Origin: a virus | Taxonomy: Duplodnaviria > Heunggongvirae > Uroviricota > Caudoviricetes | Virus record (IMG/VR): IMGVR_UViG_2778261121_000001 | Location: 1 to 55,913 of that record | Length of the DNA: 55,913 bases | Strand: one strand, 5' to 3' | Part shown: piece after piece, positions 1 to 9,478 of the stretch | Numbering within the stretch: position 1 is the first letter of the stretch | Layout of the letters: every line of letters begins with the position of its first letter | The notes under the pieces: model-generated | Told to the model about the DNA's origin: nothing | The model's database searches: none | Seen by the model: the letters and a program-made list of their open reading frames with translations, nothing else | Made by a program: the position numbers and the translations under genes

Positions 1-110
1 CCATAACCTATTGATATTTAAGGGTATGATTGCAGGTATGGAAGGGGAGTAGTGGCGATCAACGGATTCTTATAGAAAAGAATCAAATTGTGACCGCCAT
101 TATCAATGTT

Positions 111-845
111 TTACATAGTTTTGTTTAGCAGAGAGAGAATTTCATCACTAATTTCACTCGCCTGTTTGATAGCCAATGCAGTTACCTCTTCTATGGTTGG
201 TGACTGTTGATGCTCATGTTTGGTTTCAGTTATGACAATGTGTTCTTCACCTGAATTTGCGCATAGTGCCGCATTGACGATAAGGTTTGAGTAAGAATTT
301 AGCAGAGCACTGTTGATGAACGCTTTCACGGTATTACTGTCTGCACCAAATACATCTTTTCTGACCGCTTCAGCCTCACAGCGAACCCCTGCAGCAACAT
401 CGTGAAGAACATGTATGGCCTTGGGGCTTGTTTGTTCACAGTACTCAATCATTATTGTCGAATTGTTCTGTTCAACAAACGATCTGATGCCTGACGATTC
501 ACCCATAGCATCGAAGGCAGCGTGACCCGCACTGGTAGAGATATCTTCATAGAGTTCTTCATCGCTATCTTTTTCTTCAGGTGTCGAGGTGTCTTCATCG
601 TCGTAATAGATATTGCCTTTAATCAGTGTTTTGGACACTTGATATAAACAATAAGAAACGAGATTTAAGCATTGGATTTTAGCTGTATTGTCCTTTGTCG
701 CCTCGCTCTTCAGTTCTTTCGCTTCTTCAGTAAGGCTGTTGATAAGACTTTGTATTTTTTCCAACGCGTTAGGCGCACACTCCGCGTTGTCCATAAAGAA
801 TTTATAACCAGTCCCAGGGATTTCTAAACTTTTCAACTTTTTCAT
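111..845 (-). CDS. hypothetical protein (244 aa), last gene of a three-gene operon
   Basis: ORF in track; no recognisable motifs; co-oriented with the two upstream ORFs. Confidence 0.45.
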   Translation of the reverse strand: MKKLKSLEIPGTGYKFFMDNAECAPNALEKIQSLINSLTEEAKELKSEATKDNTAKIQCLNLVSYCLYQVSKTLIKGNIYYDDEDTSTPEEKDSDEELYEDISTSAGHAAFDAMGESSGIRSFVEQNNSTIMIEYCEQTSPKAIHVLHDVAAGVRCEAEAVRKDVFGADSNTVKAFINSALLNSYSNLIVNAALCANSGEEHIVITETKHEHQQSPTIEEVTALAIKQASEISDEILSLLNKTM

Positions 846-890
846 TTCTTTGATAATCCTAAAAACAAACTACCAATGCTTTAATATCTG

Positions 891-1190
891 TTACCAGTTC
901 CAGCACTCAAGCCCTTCAACGACCGGTGCGCCACAATCGAAATGTACAGAGTCAAAACCTACATCAAGTACTTTCTGAATGTTAGCAATTGCGCCTTCGG
1001 ATATACCATATCGACGCAAGTTGTCTTTCCAGACATCATCCTGTAACCCGGCGTGGACAATACAACCGCCGTCAATTTGCGAAACCCAATCCAGCTCATT
1101 GCTTGCGATCATGAATCGGCGAGCATCTTCCTCTGATGTATGAGATGAACTGATCAATGCCACCTGGTAGGATTGAGTAATATTTAACAT
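891..1190 (-). CDS. hypothetical protein (99 aa)
   Basis: ORF in track; 7-nt overlap with the upstream ORF suggests translational coupling. Confidence 0.4.
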   Translation of the reverse strand: MLNITQSYQVALISSSHTSEEDARRFMIASNELDWVSQIDGGCIVHAGLQDDVWKDNLRRYGISEGAIANIQKVLDVGFDSVHFDCGAPVVEGLECWNW

Positions 1191-1432
1191 CCTCTCTCCC
1201 CGTTTGGAAACAACTCATTCGCCGTAGTGGATATAACCTCCCAATTAACGCCGACATCAGCGTTATGGCATTGTCTGATTTTTTGCATCACCTGTACGCA
1301 TTGTTCATCAGTGAGATCTGTCCTTACTTCAGCAATATCTTCTTTGTGCCACATAACCATGAGTAATGGTTCGTCTTCTGGATAGTTTTTCAGTTTCTCG
1401 ATGATTTCTTTTGCTGTTCCAAACATCTTCAT
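1184..1432 (-). CDS. hypothetical protein (82 aa)
   Basis: ORF with AGGA Shine-Dalgarno; preceded at 1437-1456 by the element-specific AAACAACTTGTTTTCTTAT motif. Confidence 0.45.
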   Translation of the reverse strand: MKMFGTAKEIIEKLKNYPEDEPLLMVMWHKEDIAEVRTDLTDEQCVQVMQKIRQCHNADVGVNWEVISTTANELFPNGERGC

Positions 1433-1436
1433 ATCC

Positions 1437-1456
1437 TAAACAACTTGTTTTCTTAT
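1437..1456 (-). promoter_or_regulatory. conserved 5'-leader motif TAAACAA-S-TTGTTTTCTTAT (instance 1)
   Basis: Near-identical copies at 15756-15775, 16484-16503, 26710-26729 and 38441-38460, each 5-45 nt upstream of a start codon. Confidence 0.5.
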
Positions 1457-1585
1457 GTGCTTTATTATCTCAAACAACAAAACACAGAAAACAAATTGTT
1501 TTAGGGTTTGTGCAAATCAGAAGGTATTGCGTCTATATGAAAATGCCCAGCGTATTGCTGGGCATTGTGAAGAATGGTTGTTTAG

Positions 1586-3619
1586 TTACTTAACTTGGTG
1601 GCCTGGTTTAGCACCAGCATCCGGGCTTAACAGGAAGATATCTTTCCCACCGGGGCCAGCAGCCATCACCATACCTTCGGAGATACCGAAGCGCATTTTA
1701 CGCGGAGCCAGGTTAGCCACCATAATGGTGTGACGACCAATCAGTGCCTGTGGGTCTGGATAAGCAGAACGGATGCCTGAGAAGACATTGCGTTTTTCAC
1801 CACCTAGATCCAGCGTCAGACGCAGCAGTTTGTCAGAACCTTCAACAAACTCTGCGTTTTCAATCAGCGCCACGCGCAGGTCAACTTTGGCGAAGTCGTC
1901 AAAGGTGATAGTTTCCTGAATCGGGTCGTCAGCCAGTGGGCCAGTTACCGGTGCGGCTGTGGCTTTCACTTCTTCTTTGGATGCTTCCACCAGTGCTTCA
2001 ACCTGCTTCATATCGATGCGGTTATACAGTGCCTTGAACGGATTCACTTTATGGCCCAGCAACGGTTGCTGGATGCCATCCCAGGTCAGTTCTGTATTCA
2101 GGAATGCTTCTGCACGTTCAGTCAGTTTCGGCAGTACCGGCTTCAGGTACGTCATCAGCACGCGGAACAGGTTAATGCCCATAGAGCAAATCGCCTGCAG
2201 ATCGGCATCGCGTCCTTCCTGCTTCGCCACCACCCACGGAGCCTGTTCATCGACATAGCGGTTAGCCAGGTCAGCCAATGCCATGATTTCACGGATAGCT
2301 TTACCAAATTCACGGCTTTCCCATGCTTCGCCAATCACTTCAGCGGCATCAGTAAAGGTTTTGTACAGTTGCGGGTCAGCCAGTTCGCTTGCCAGCACGC
2401 CGTCAAAACGCTTGTTGATAAAGCCTGCATTACGGGAGGCCAGGTTAACCACTTTGTTCACGATATCGGCATTCACGCGCTGAACGAAATCCTCCAGGTT
2501 GAGATCGATATCATCAATGCGCGAAGAGAGTTTCGCAGTGTAGTAGTAACGCAGGCTGTCAGCGTCAAAATGATTCAGCCAGGTGCTGGCTTTAATAAAG
2601 GTGCCGCGAGACTTGGACATCTTCGCGCCGTTCACCGTCACATAGCCGTGAACAAACAGGTTGGTCGGCTTGCGGAAGTTGCTGCCTTCCAGCATGGCAG
2701 GCCAGAACAGGCTGTGGAAGTAAACAATATCTTTACCGATGAAGTGGTACAGCTCGGCGGTGGAGTCTTTCTTCCAGTATTCATCGAAGCTGGTGGTATC
2801 GCCGCGCTTGTCGCACAGATTCTTGAAGGAACCCATGTAGCCAATCGGCGCGTCCAGCCAGACGTAGAAATATTTGCCCGGCGCGTTCGGAATTTCAAAA
2901 CCGAAGTAAGGCGCATCGCGGGAGATATCCCACTGTTGCAGGCCGGATTCAAACCACTCCTGCATTTTATTTGCCACCTGCTCCTGCAACGCACCGCTGC
3001 GGGTCCATGCCTGCAACATTTCGCTGAAAGAAGGCAGATCAAAGAAGAAGTGTTCGGAATCACGCATTACCGGGGTAGCGCCAGAAACCACCGATTTCGG
3101 CTCGATCAATTCAGTCGGGCTATATGTTGCGCCGCAGACTTCACAGTTATCGCCGTATTGATCTGGCGCTTTACATTTCGGGCAGGTGCCTTTTACAAAA
3201 CGATCCGGCAGGAACATGCCTTTTTCCGGGTCGTACAACTGAGAGATAGTGCGGTTTTTAATAAAACCGTTCTCTTTCAGGCGAGTATAGATAAGCTCAG
3301 ACAACTGACGGTTCTCTTCGCTGTGCGTCGAGTGATAGTTGTCATAGCTGATGTTAAAGCCTGCGAAATCAGTCTGGTGTTCCTGACTCATTTCGCCAAT
3401 CATCTGCTCCGGTGTGATACCAAGCTGCTGTGCTTTCAGCATGATCGGCGTACCGTGGGCATCGTCGGCACAGATGAAATTAACCTCGTGGCCGCGCATT
3501 CGCTGGTAACGAACCCAGACATCAGCCTGGATGTGCTCCAGCATATGGCCGAGGTGGATTGAGCCGTTAGCGTACGGCAGCGCGCACGTCACCAGAATTT
3601 TCTTCGCGACTTGGGTCAT
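1586..3619 (-). CDS. metG: methionine--tRNA ligase
   Basis: Translation from [29 protein letters not shown] to the C-terminus matches E. coli MetG almost residue for residue; start set at the MTQ methionine rather than the longer track ORF. Confidence 0.95.
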   Translation of the reverse strand: MTQVAKKILVTCALPYANGSIHLGHMLEHIQADVWVRYQRMRGHEVNFICADDAHGTPIMLKAQQLGITPEQMIGEMSQEHQTDFAGFNISYDNYHSTHSEENRQLSELIYTRLKENGFIKNRTISQLYDPEKGMFLPDRFVKGTCPKCKAPDQYGDNCEVCGATYSPTELIEPKSVVSGATPVMRDSEHFFFDLPSFSEMLQAWTRSGALQEQVANKMQEWFESGLQQWDISRDAPYFGFEIPNAPGKYFYVWLDAPIGYMGSFKNLCDKRGDTTSFDEYWKKDSTAELYHFIGKDIVYFHSLFWPAMLEGSNFRKPTNLFVHGYVTVNGAKMSKSRGTFIKASTWLNHFDADSLRYYYTAKLSSRIDDIDLNLEDFVQRVNADIVNKVVNLASRNAGFINKRFDGVLASELADPQLYKTFTDAAEVIGEAWESREFGKAIREIMALADLANRYVDEQAPWVVAKQEGRDADLQAICSMGINLFRVLMTYLKPVLPKLTERAEAFLNTELTWDGIQQPLLGHKVNPFKALYNRIDMKQVEALVEASKEEVKATAAPVTGPLADDPIQETITFDDFAKVDLRVALIENAEFVEGSDKLLRLTLDLGGEKRNVFSGIRSAYPDPQALIGRHTIMVANLAPRKMRFGISEGMVMAAGPGGKDIFLLSPDAGAKPGHQVK

Positions 3620-3776
3620 AGTAGGCATTACTTCTTTGTAGTGAAAAGGGGCTTGATAGTAACAAAATGGCCTTATGTCTGCCATGTGATAACAGCATTT
3701 CTCATAAATGATTAAATGTCGTAGCTGGAGTACACTACAAGGCGACAATTGCGCAAATTAAAATAAAGGAGACGGG

Positions 3777-4877
3777 ATGAGCGAGTCCAAATCGCCGGAT
3801 GCCCTGAGAGCAATGGTAGCCGGTACGCTGGCTAATTTTCAGCACCCAACCCTGAAACACAACCTGACTACGCTTAAAGCGTTACACCATGTTGCGTTGA
3901 TGGATGACACACTGCATGTCGAACTAATCATGCCTTTCGTGTGGAATAAGCCTTTTGAAGACCTGAAAGAGCAATGTAGTGGTGATCTGCTCCGTATCAC
4001 TGGCGCAAAGGCTATTGACTGGAAGCTGTCGTACAACATTGCCACGCTTAAGCGCGTCAAAAACCAACCAGGCATTAATGGCGTTAAGAATATTATCGCC
4101 GTAAGCTCAGGCAAGGGCGGTGTAGGCAAATCGTCCACAGCAGTAAACTTGGCACTGGCGTTGGCTGCTGAAGGTGCGAAAGTTGGTATTTTGGATGCCG
4201 ATATCTACGGGCCATCAATTCCAACCATGCTGGGCGCGGAAAACCAACGTCCAACCTCACCAGACGGTACTCACATGGCACCTATTATGTCTCATGGCCT
4301 GGCAACCAATTCTATTGGTTATCTGGTCACCGACGACAATGCGATGGTGTGGCGTGGACCGATGGCTAGCAAGGCGCTGATGCAGATGTTGCAGGAAACA
4401 CTGTGGCCTGATCTGGACTATCTCGTTCTCGATATGCCGCCGGGCACTGGTGATATTCAATTGACGCTGGCGCAGAACATTCCTGTAACGGGTGCTGTGG
4501 TGGTAACTACGCCGCAAGATATCGCGCTGATCGATGCGAAGAAAGGCATTGTGATGTTCGAAAAAGTCGAAGTGCCGGTACTGGGTATCGTCGAAAACAT
4601 GAGTGTGCATATTTGCAGTAACTGCGGTCATCACGAGCCAATTTTCGGCACCGGTGGCGCAGAGAAACTGGCCGAGAAATACAACACGCAGTTGTTAGGC
4701 CAAATGCCACTTCATATCTCACTTCGTGAAGATCTGGATAACGGAACACCAACCGTTATTAGTCGTCCAGATAGCGAATTTACGGCTATTTATCGTGACC
4801 TCGCAGATCGCGTTGCTGCCCAAATGTATTGGCAAGGTGAAGTAATACCTGGCGAAATCGCATTCCGCGCAGTGTGA
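3777..4877 (+). CDS. apbC: iron-sulfur cluster carrier ATPase ApbC/Mrp
   Basis: Walker A SSGKGGVGKSS plus CxxC near the C-terminus; strong similarity to E. coli Mrp; divergent from metG as in enterobacterial chromosomes. Confidence 0.93.
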   Translation: MSESKSPDALRAMVAGTLANFQHPTLKHNLTTLKALHHVALMDDTLHVELIMPFVWNKPFEDLKEQCSGDLLRITGAKAIDWKLSYNIATLKRVKNQPGINGVKNIIAVSSGKGGVGKSSTAVNLALALAAEGAKVGILDADIYGPSIPTMLGAENQRPTSPDGTHMAPIMSHGLATNSIGYLVTDDNAMVWRGPMASKALMQMLQETLWPDLDYLVLDMPPGTGDIQLTLAQNIPVTGAVVVTTPQDIALIDAKKGIVMFEKVEVPVLGIVENMSVHICSNCGHHEPIFGTGGAEKLAEKYNTQLLGQMPLHISLREDLDNGTPTVISRPDSEFTAIYRDLADRVAAQMYWQGEVIPGEIAFRAV

Positions 4878-4914
4878 TAAAAAGGCGGTGCATTGCACCG
4901 CCTAATCAGTTCTC

Positions 4915-5304
4915 CTACATCACGGGACAATCATCAAACTCGCCACTTCTTGCGTCGTTGATAATGTGAGTGATCACACCAAACACGGCATTGCTGCCCG
5001 TGCATCCATCGTCATCCTTTGGCAATGCTTCCTTCTTACCGGTTCTTAAATCCTCCAGATGCTGACGTGGGTACTTCCGGTATCTTTTTACGCGATATTC
5101 CCCATCCAGAGCGCATACAAGCAGAGAACCATCAACCGGGGTAAGTGAGGAATCGACCACCAGCAATGCACCCTGTAATATTCCCTCACGATGATGACTA
5201 TCAGCTGCCCTCATGAAGTAGGTCGCTGAAGGATGTCTAATTATCTGCTGATCAAGAGAAATACGGCTCTCAGCATAATCCGCCGCAGGAGAAGGGAAGC
5301 CCAT
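4915..5304 (-). CDS. UmuD'-like protein (pre-processed UmuD homolog, HumD-like)
   Basis: Begins GFPSPAADY, the position of the UmuD autocleavage product, and aligns with the UmuD C-terminal domain; LexA box immediately upstream. Confidence 0.7.
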   Translation of the reverse strand: MGFPSPAADYAESRISLDQQIIRHPSATYFMRAADSHHREGILQGALLVVDSSLTPVDGSLLVCALDGEYRVKRYRKYPRQHLEDLRTGKKEALPKDDDGCTGSNAVFGVITHIINDARSGEFDDCPVM

Positions 5305-5320
5305 AATACTCGCCTCTTAG

Positions 5321-5340
5321 TACTGTATACACATACAGTG
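5321..5340. promoter_or_regulatory. LexA (SOS) box
   Basis: TACTGTATACACATACAGTG fits CTGT-N8-ACAG, 17 nt upstream of the 4915..5304 start codon. Confidence 0.65.
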
Positions 5341-5528
5341 TATATTGAAGCTATATATTTTTGAACTCTATCTCTTAAAAAAGATGTTAATAAGATGCTA
5401 ACTATTGAAAGGCATAAATATATACAATTCAAACAAACGTTATTTTTAACAAATTTTTTCTTCCCATTGACTTTTTCGAACGCCTTGTCAGGTCTAAAGT
5501 GCGCAGAAGTCACTTTTTCCTTCCTGAG

Positions 5529-5537
5529 TTATCCACA
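5529..5537. promoter_or_regulatory. DnaA box (TTATCCACA)
   Basis: Perfect consensus 9-mer in an AT-rich ORF-free region; the same TTATCCACAGGC 12-mer recurs at 35078. Confidence 0.4.
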
Positions 5538-5635
5538 GGCTTATGCACTTGCATGAAAAATCTATTCACACTATCTTAATTCGCAAGACACTGATGTTGC
5601 AGTATTGAGGGTATGTTGGGTTAAAAATAGACATT

Positions 5636-5666
5636 AAAAAGCCCAGTTGACTAGGCTGGGCTTTTT
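5636..5666. terminator. bidirectional intrinsic terminator-like hairpin
   Basis: AAAAA-GCCCAG-loop-CTGGGC-TTTTT. Confidence 0.5.
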
Positions 5667-5966
5667 AAAAGGAAACAGAGTTTGCGGCTCTGTTCCTGAG
5701 CCATAAGTATCTGGCGACTGAATTAAGATTAACCGAATGTACTGGATTCATCAAGAAACGTTGAGTGGTCATACTAGGTAATAATGACCATTTACTAAAC
5801 ATCGTTGTTCTCAAAGAAGATTTAAGTCCAGGTTTTTGGTGACTCTAAAACCTTACCTTAACTCGAAATCGTGCCGTAAGTATCTGGCGACTACAGATAT
5901 TGCAACTGCAAAGGCAAGCCCAAAGGTATTTGCAGCTAGGCGCGATAAAACTAAGTGAGGCCTGTT

Positions 5967-6050
5967 ATGGTTAACTTACTGTTCAAAATCGTGCCGCCGA
6001 TGTTCGCGATTATCAAAGCGATCATTGAGTACGTAAACCAGCGTCCATAA
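5967..6050 (+). CDS. candidate small hydrophobic peptide (27 aa, MVNLLFKIVPPMFAIIKAIIEYVNQRP)
   Basis: ATG with GAGG 8 nt upstream; followed directly by a strong plus-strand terminator; below the ORF-track size cutoff. Confidence 0.25.
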   Translation: MVNLLFKIVPPMFAIIKAIIEYVNQRP

Positions 6051-6064
6051 CGCTAGTTGCTACA

Positions 6065-6096
6065 GGCCCCATCAAGAGCATGGGGCCTCTTTATCG
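6065..6096 (+). terminator. intrinsic terminator
   Basis: GGCCCCAT-loop-ATGGGGCC followed by a T-rich run. Confidence 0.55.
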
Positions 6097-6105
6097 TACT
6101 ATTGC

Positions 6106-6771
6106 TTATTTTTTACGGACTGAGTTGTTCACTGCTCTGGCAATTTTCTCCCGCAATTGCTGCGCTCCGTGGTACTGAACCGCAATATCCCGCAACTCGT
6201 TCACCAGTTCTCTAATCTGGTGATCTTTAAGCTCATTATTTGGGTGATGGGTAACAACTCTGGTTAATTCACCCTTGTCTTTTGCTCTTACGTATGCAGC
6301 TCTTGTGCATTCGACCCATGTATTACCGCCTACATTAACTTCGTAGATTAGGCTGGACTTATCTATCAATTCGGAACAAATACGGGCCGTGGTCTGGCAA
6401 CTAGAGCATTCGCAGTTATCGCGGAAACCGTGGTCTACTGGCTTCGGTTTCACATCATCAACTTTTTCTACCCTATTGGAATTTAAATACTTCGAAGCCT
6501 TGCTATGCCAATCGCTGGTTTTAGGATCTTGTCCATCCATCAAACGCCAGGCTTCAGCGATTAACTCATAACTAGTGACTGTAGCTTCCTGCGCATCACC
6601 AATAAGTCGTGTAATCTCTCTTTCAAGCCGACCGCCTAGCTCTGTTTTAGTGCAATGTTCTGACCAATCGCCAGCCTCAAGCAGCGCGAGAATGCTTAAA
6701 ATATCGTCCAATAGATCAGTGGTATTATCGACTTCCTTCTGAAACTCACCGGCTACTGATTTATGCATCAT
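6106..6771 (-). CDS. hypothetical protein (221 aa)
   Basis: ORF in track; first of a tightly packed run of minus-strand genes with overlapping stop/start codons. Confidence 0.5.
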   Translation of the reverse strand: MMHKSVAGEFQKEVDNTTDLLDDILSILALLEAGDWSEHCTKTELGGRLEREITRLIGDAQEATVTSYELIAEAWRLMDGQDPKTSDWHSKASKYLNSNRVEKVDDVKPKPVDHGFRDNCECSSCQTTARICSELIDKSSLIYEVNVGGNTWVECTRAAYVRAKDKGELTRVVTHHPNNELKDHQIRELVNELRDIAVQYHGAQQLREKIARAVNNSVRKK

Positions 6772-7421
6772 TCGTCATCCTCATCCGAGTCATCCTCATC
6801 ACAGGATGAGAGTAGTGGGTTAGTCATTCGCCCTACTTGAGTGGCGTAGCCACGCCGACAGAGATTGCGCAGCACACTGTATATTTCGAACATCTCGGTT
6901 CGTTCATCGCCAACATCAAGCTCAGATGCTATAGCGTGGCATTCAGTCGCGAGAGCCGATATTTTCTGAAATAACTCTGCATTATTCACTGTTCGACTCC
7001 TGCGGCGTTCTGGTAGTGGCATCCAGTGTGTGACATTGCTAATCAGACCATATTCATTAGTTTGAGGATGGTTGCCGTTATCGTCTCCGTATTTAAGACT
7101 CTCCATAAAGCCATAATGCCTATCACCATTAACGCTCACAAAGCCGTAATAAGCAGGTATAACGCCGATCTCACACGTAACCAGTAAAGGAAAACTAGTT
7201 CTCCAATTTAGCTCGCCAATTACAGGCATTCGCTCACTACAGCTTATCCAACCATCCTTAGATGCGGCTGTATTGGCATAGGCCTTACGGTGCTTCTGTA
7301 GCTCTGCTGCAATCGCTCTCACGACTTCAACTGGTGCCCTTGCAGCAAACTCAATGTTGGTGATCAGCTCATTAAGATATTTCTCGCTTGGGTAACATTT
7401 CTTATTGTTAACGGTGGTCAT
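6768..7421 (-). CDS. phage protein with a DUF551-like THWMPLPE motif and acidic C-tail
   Basis: ORF in track; motif recalled from phage DUF551 proteins, recognised by eye only. Confidence 0.45.
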   Translation of the reverse strand: MTTVNNKKCYPSEKYLNELITNIEFAARAPVEVVRAIAAELQKHRKAYANTAASKDGWISCSERMPVIGELNWRTSFPLLVTCEIGVIPAYYGFVSVNGDRHYGFMESLKYGDDNGNHPQTNEYGLISNVTHWMPLPERRRSRTVNNAELFQKISALATECHAIASELDVGDERTEMFEIYSVLRNLCRRGYATQVGRMTNPLLSSCDEDDSDEDDE

Positions 7422-7606
7422 TAGGCAGCTCTCTCAACAACAAGCAATTCGTCGTAGTCATAATCAGTTTCGGAACCATCCGTACCGAACAGAGTCACTT
7501 TGTCATCTTCCATCCAAAAAGATTTAACCGCACATTGTTGACCTTTAGATGTTATGAGCACATCACCAGGGATTACGTCTTCAGCGCGAACTTCTAGTGT
7601 TCTCAT
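7421..7606 (-). CDS. hypothetical protein (61 aa)
   Basis: ORF in track, stop/start overlap with neighbours. Confidence 0.4.
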   Translation of the reverse strand: MRTLEVRAEDVIPGDVLITSKGQQCAVKSFWMEDDKVTLFGTDGSETDYDYDELLVVERAA

Positions 7607-8133
7607 CGTGCTGACCCCTCTTTGGTTAAAATGCCTGCTGCAATGCTGTTTATGATGCTGTCAGTGCATGGAGTAGAAAGCTGGGCATCTCCAGCAATTT
7701 TCATGACCTCAACATCCGCATATCGAATACCGAGGTGTATCAGACCGGCTATACCTGACTTAAGTCGAACATTTTCCATAAACAGATCTTTTTCCCGCTG
7801 TTTAGCGGCTTCCAACTCCATCGACAATTTTTCCAACTGCTCTTTATGCTTCTTGTATTCCTGATACGCGTGCCAAGACTGACCTTTGCGCACACTATCA
7901 GTGATATCAGCAACCTGCTCTGGTGTTAGCGTGGTCAGTGGCTGTGCTGGAAAAATCATCACTTGCCCGGCATCCCAATCAAAACCAGCCTGAATTGACT
8001 GAACCTCAACTGATGGTGTTGAACCGATGCGACCAGGCGAATGAACAACGATCGTTACATCCATATCTCGACGATGGCTGTGGTTGTTGGACAAAATACG
8101 ATTCACCAACTCAGAAAATTTGGAAAATTTCAT
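7603..8133 (-). CDS. hypothetical protein (176 aa from the MKFSKF start)
   Basis: ATG at 8131-8133 with GAGGG Shine-Dalgarno and ATGA overlap with the upstream stop; the longer track ORF to 8262 would overlap the upstream gene. Confidence 0.45.
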   Translation of the reverse strand: MKFSKFSELVNRILSNNHSHRRDMDVTIVVHSPGRIGSTPSVEVQSIQAGFDWDAGQVMIFPAQPLTTLTPEQVADITDSVRKGQSWHAYQEYKKHKEQLEKLSMELEAAKQREKDLFMENVRLKSGIAGLIHLGIRYADVEVMKIAGDAQLSTPCTDSIINSIAAGILTKEGSAR

Positions 8134-8453
8134 GTTGATCCCTCTTTCTCTCCCCGGATAATTCTGTTGCACACATCCACACACTCGTCGCAGATGAAAA
8201 CGGCGTCCCCAGCAATTAACTTTTTGACGGCGTACTGGGATTTGTTGCAGAAGCTGCAACAAAGTGTTCGCCTGACTGATAAGGATGGAGCGCCAGATGT
8301 CAGCCGCTCCATATCGTTCTTGCGACGCAATATCACACGGCTGAACTCAACCAGTTTCTCCGGGGATATCTCCTCCTCCGTAGCGAGCGTCTCTAGTCGT
8401 TCGAGTATGTTGAAGGCTTTTTCCTGGGTAATAGCAGAATGCGATGTGGTCAT
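8130..8453 (-). CDS. small protein with a ClpX-type C4 zinc-binding domain
   Basis: [34 protein letters not shown] closely resembles the ClpX N-terminal zinc-binding domain; start set at the MTTSHS ATG with AAGGAG Shine-Dalgarno. Confidence 0.55.
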   Translation of the reverse strand: MTTSHSAITQEKAFNILERLETLATEEEISPEKLVEFSRVILRRKNDMERLTSGAPSLSVRRTLCCSFCNKSQYAVKKLIAGDAVFICDECVDVCNRIIRGEKEGST

Positions 8454-8454
8454 C

Positions 8455-9177
8455 TCACTCTCCTTTGATGCGAATGCCAGCGGCGCGGGAATCATTCCAT
8501 CGCTTTACTTCTTCACGAATTACGTCAATGCATTCTTTCGAATCCATTAGGTAATCTTCATCAAAAAGACGTTCCTGTTCGTTTTCTATCGCAACAATGA
8601 TTGCTTCAACTAACTTTTGTGCCTGAGAACCACTTTCTAACTCTGCTATGCGCTTACTTCCATCCGCGATTACTCCCTCGTAATATTCACGCTGCTCGTT
8701 GAGTTTTGATTTTGCGGCTTCCAACGCCGCAACCAATTCGTCTACAGTTCCGGCAGCTTGCAGTGCGTAATCGGTAATAGACATCTCATGATCAATTTCA
8801 GTACCGTTCTCATTAGTTGAGGTGATAGCAAAATAATCAGAGTCGATTTCGTTATCAGCTAAGTGGCGTAGCGTATCGGCAACAAGCTGACCGTTTTCGA
8901 TTAACAGCTTCCCTACCGTTAGCGCAATATCCTCGTTCTCCTGGTCGCGAGATTTGATGTATTGCTGGTTTCTTTCCCGTTCATCCAGTAGCGCCAGCAC
9001 GGTTTCTGGTCCGGCCAGAATTTTGAAGGCGTTGAGCGCATCAATATCAACACCGCTATCTTTAAGTTCCTGCTCGCTTATCAGATCATCATCAACTGGC
9101 AACATTAACAGGCGTTCCATTGCCGGAATTGCACGCTCTGCCGCCTCACGCAGTGCCTGATAGTTAATTTTGGTCAT
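8455..9177 (-). CDS. hypothetical acidic protein (240 aa)
   Basis: ORF in track. Confidence 0.5.
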   Translation of the reverse strand: MTKINYQALREAAERAIPAMERLLMLPVDDDLISEQELKDSGVDIDALNAFKILAGPETVLALLDERERNQQYIKSRDQENEDIALTVGKLLIENGQLVADTLRHLADNEIDSDYFAITSTNENGTEIDHEMSITDYALQAAGTVDELVAALEAAKSKLNEQREYYEGVIADGSKRIAELESGSQAQKLVEAIIVAIENEQERLFDEDYLMDSKECIDVIREEVKRWNDSRAAGIRIKGE

Positions 9178-9178
9178 A

Positions 9179-9478
9179 TCACATCACCCTGAATCCGTTG
9201 CATTTACGTAAAAAATCGCAGATATAGCCCTTCATTTTTTCGTGCCAATCTCGATCATTCCCATTGCACCAACCATCAGGTGGAGTCCAGTTTTCTATCA
9301 GAGCAGCCATTTTCTTTGCTTTTGCAGGAGTAGCTGTTGCGGTATCGCAGTAATGACGAGTGTCGATCAACGTATCCATACCATCGATATCAAGTACGCA
9401 AAACCATGTGTGATTCGGCATTTCAACAGATGGTATTTGTTGCCCACGTCGACGTTTATCAATAAGACATACAGTCAC
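9179..9478 (-). CDS. hypothetical protein (99 aa)
   Basis: ORF in track. Confidence 0.45.
   Translation of the reverse strand: MTVCLIDKRRRGQQIPSVEMPNHTWFCVLDIDGMDTLIDTRHYCDTATATPAKAKKMAALIENWTPPDGWCNGNDRDWHEKMKGYICDFLRKCNGFRVM

Noticed and set aside
2051-3562. 503-aa plus-strand ORF (and several shorter ones) across the metG region
   Set aside because: Entirely antisense to the well-supported metG reading frame; typical shadow ORF with no start context.
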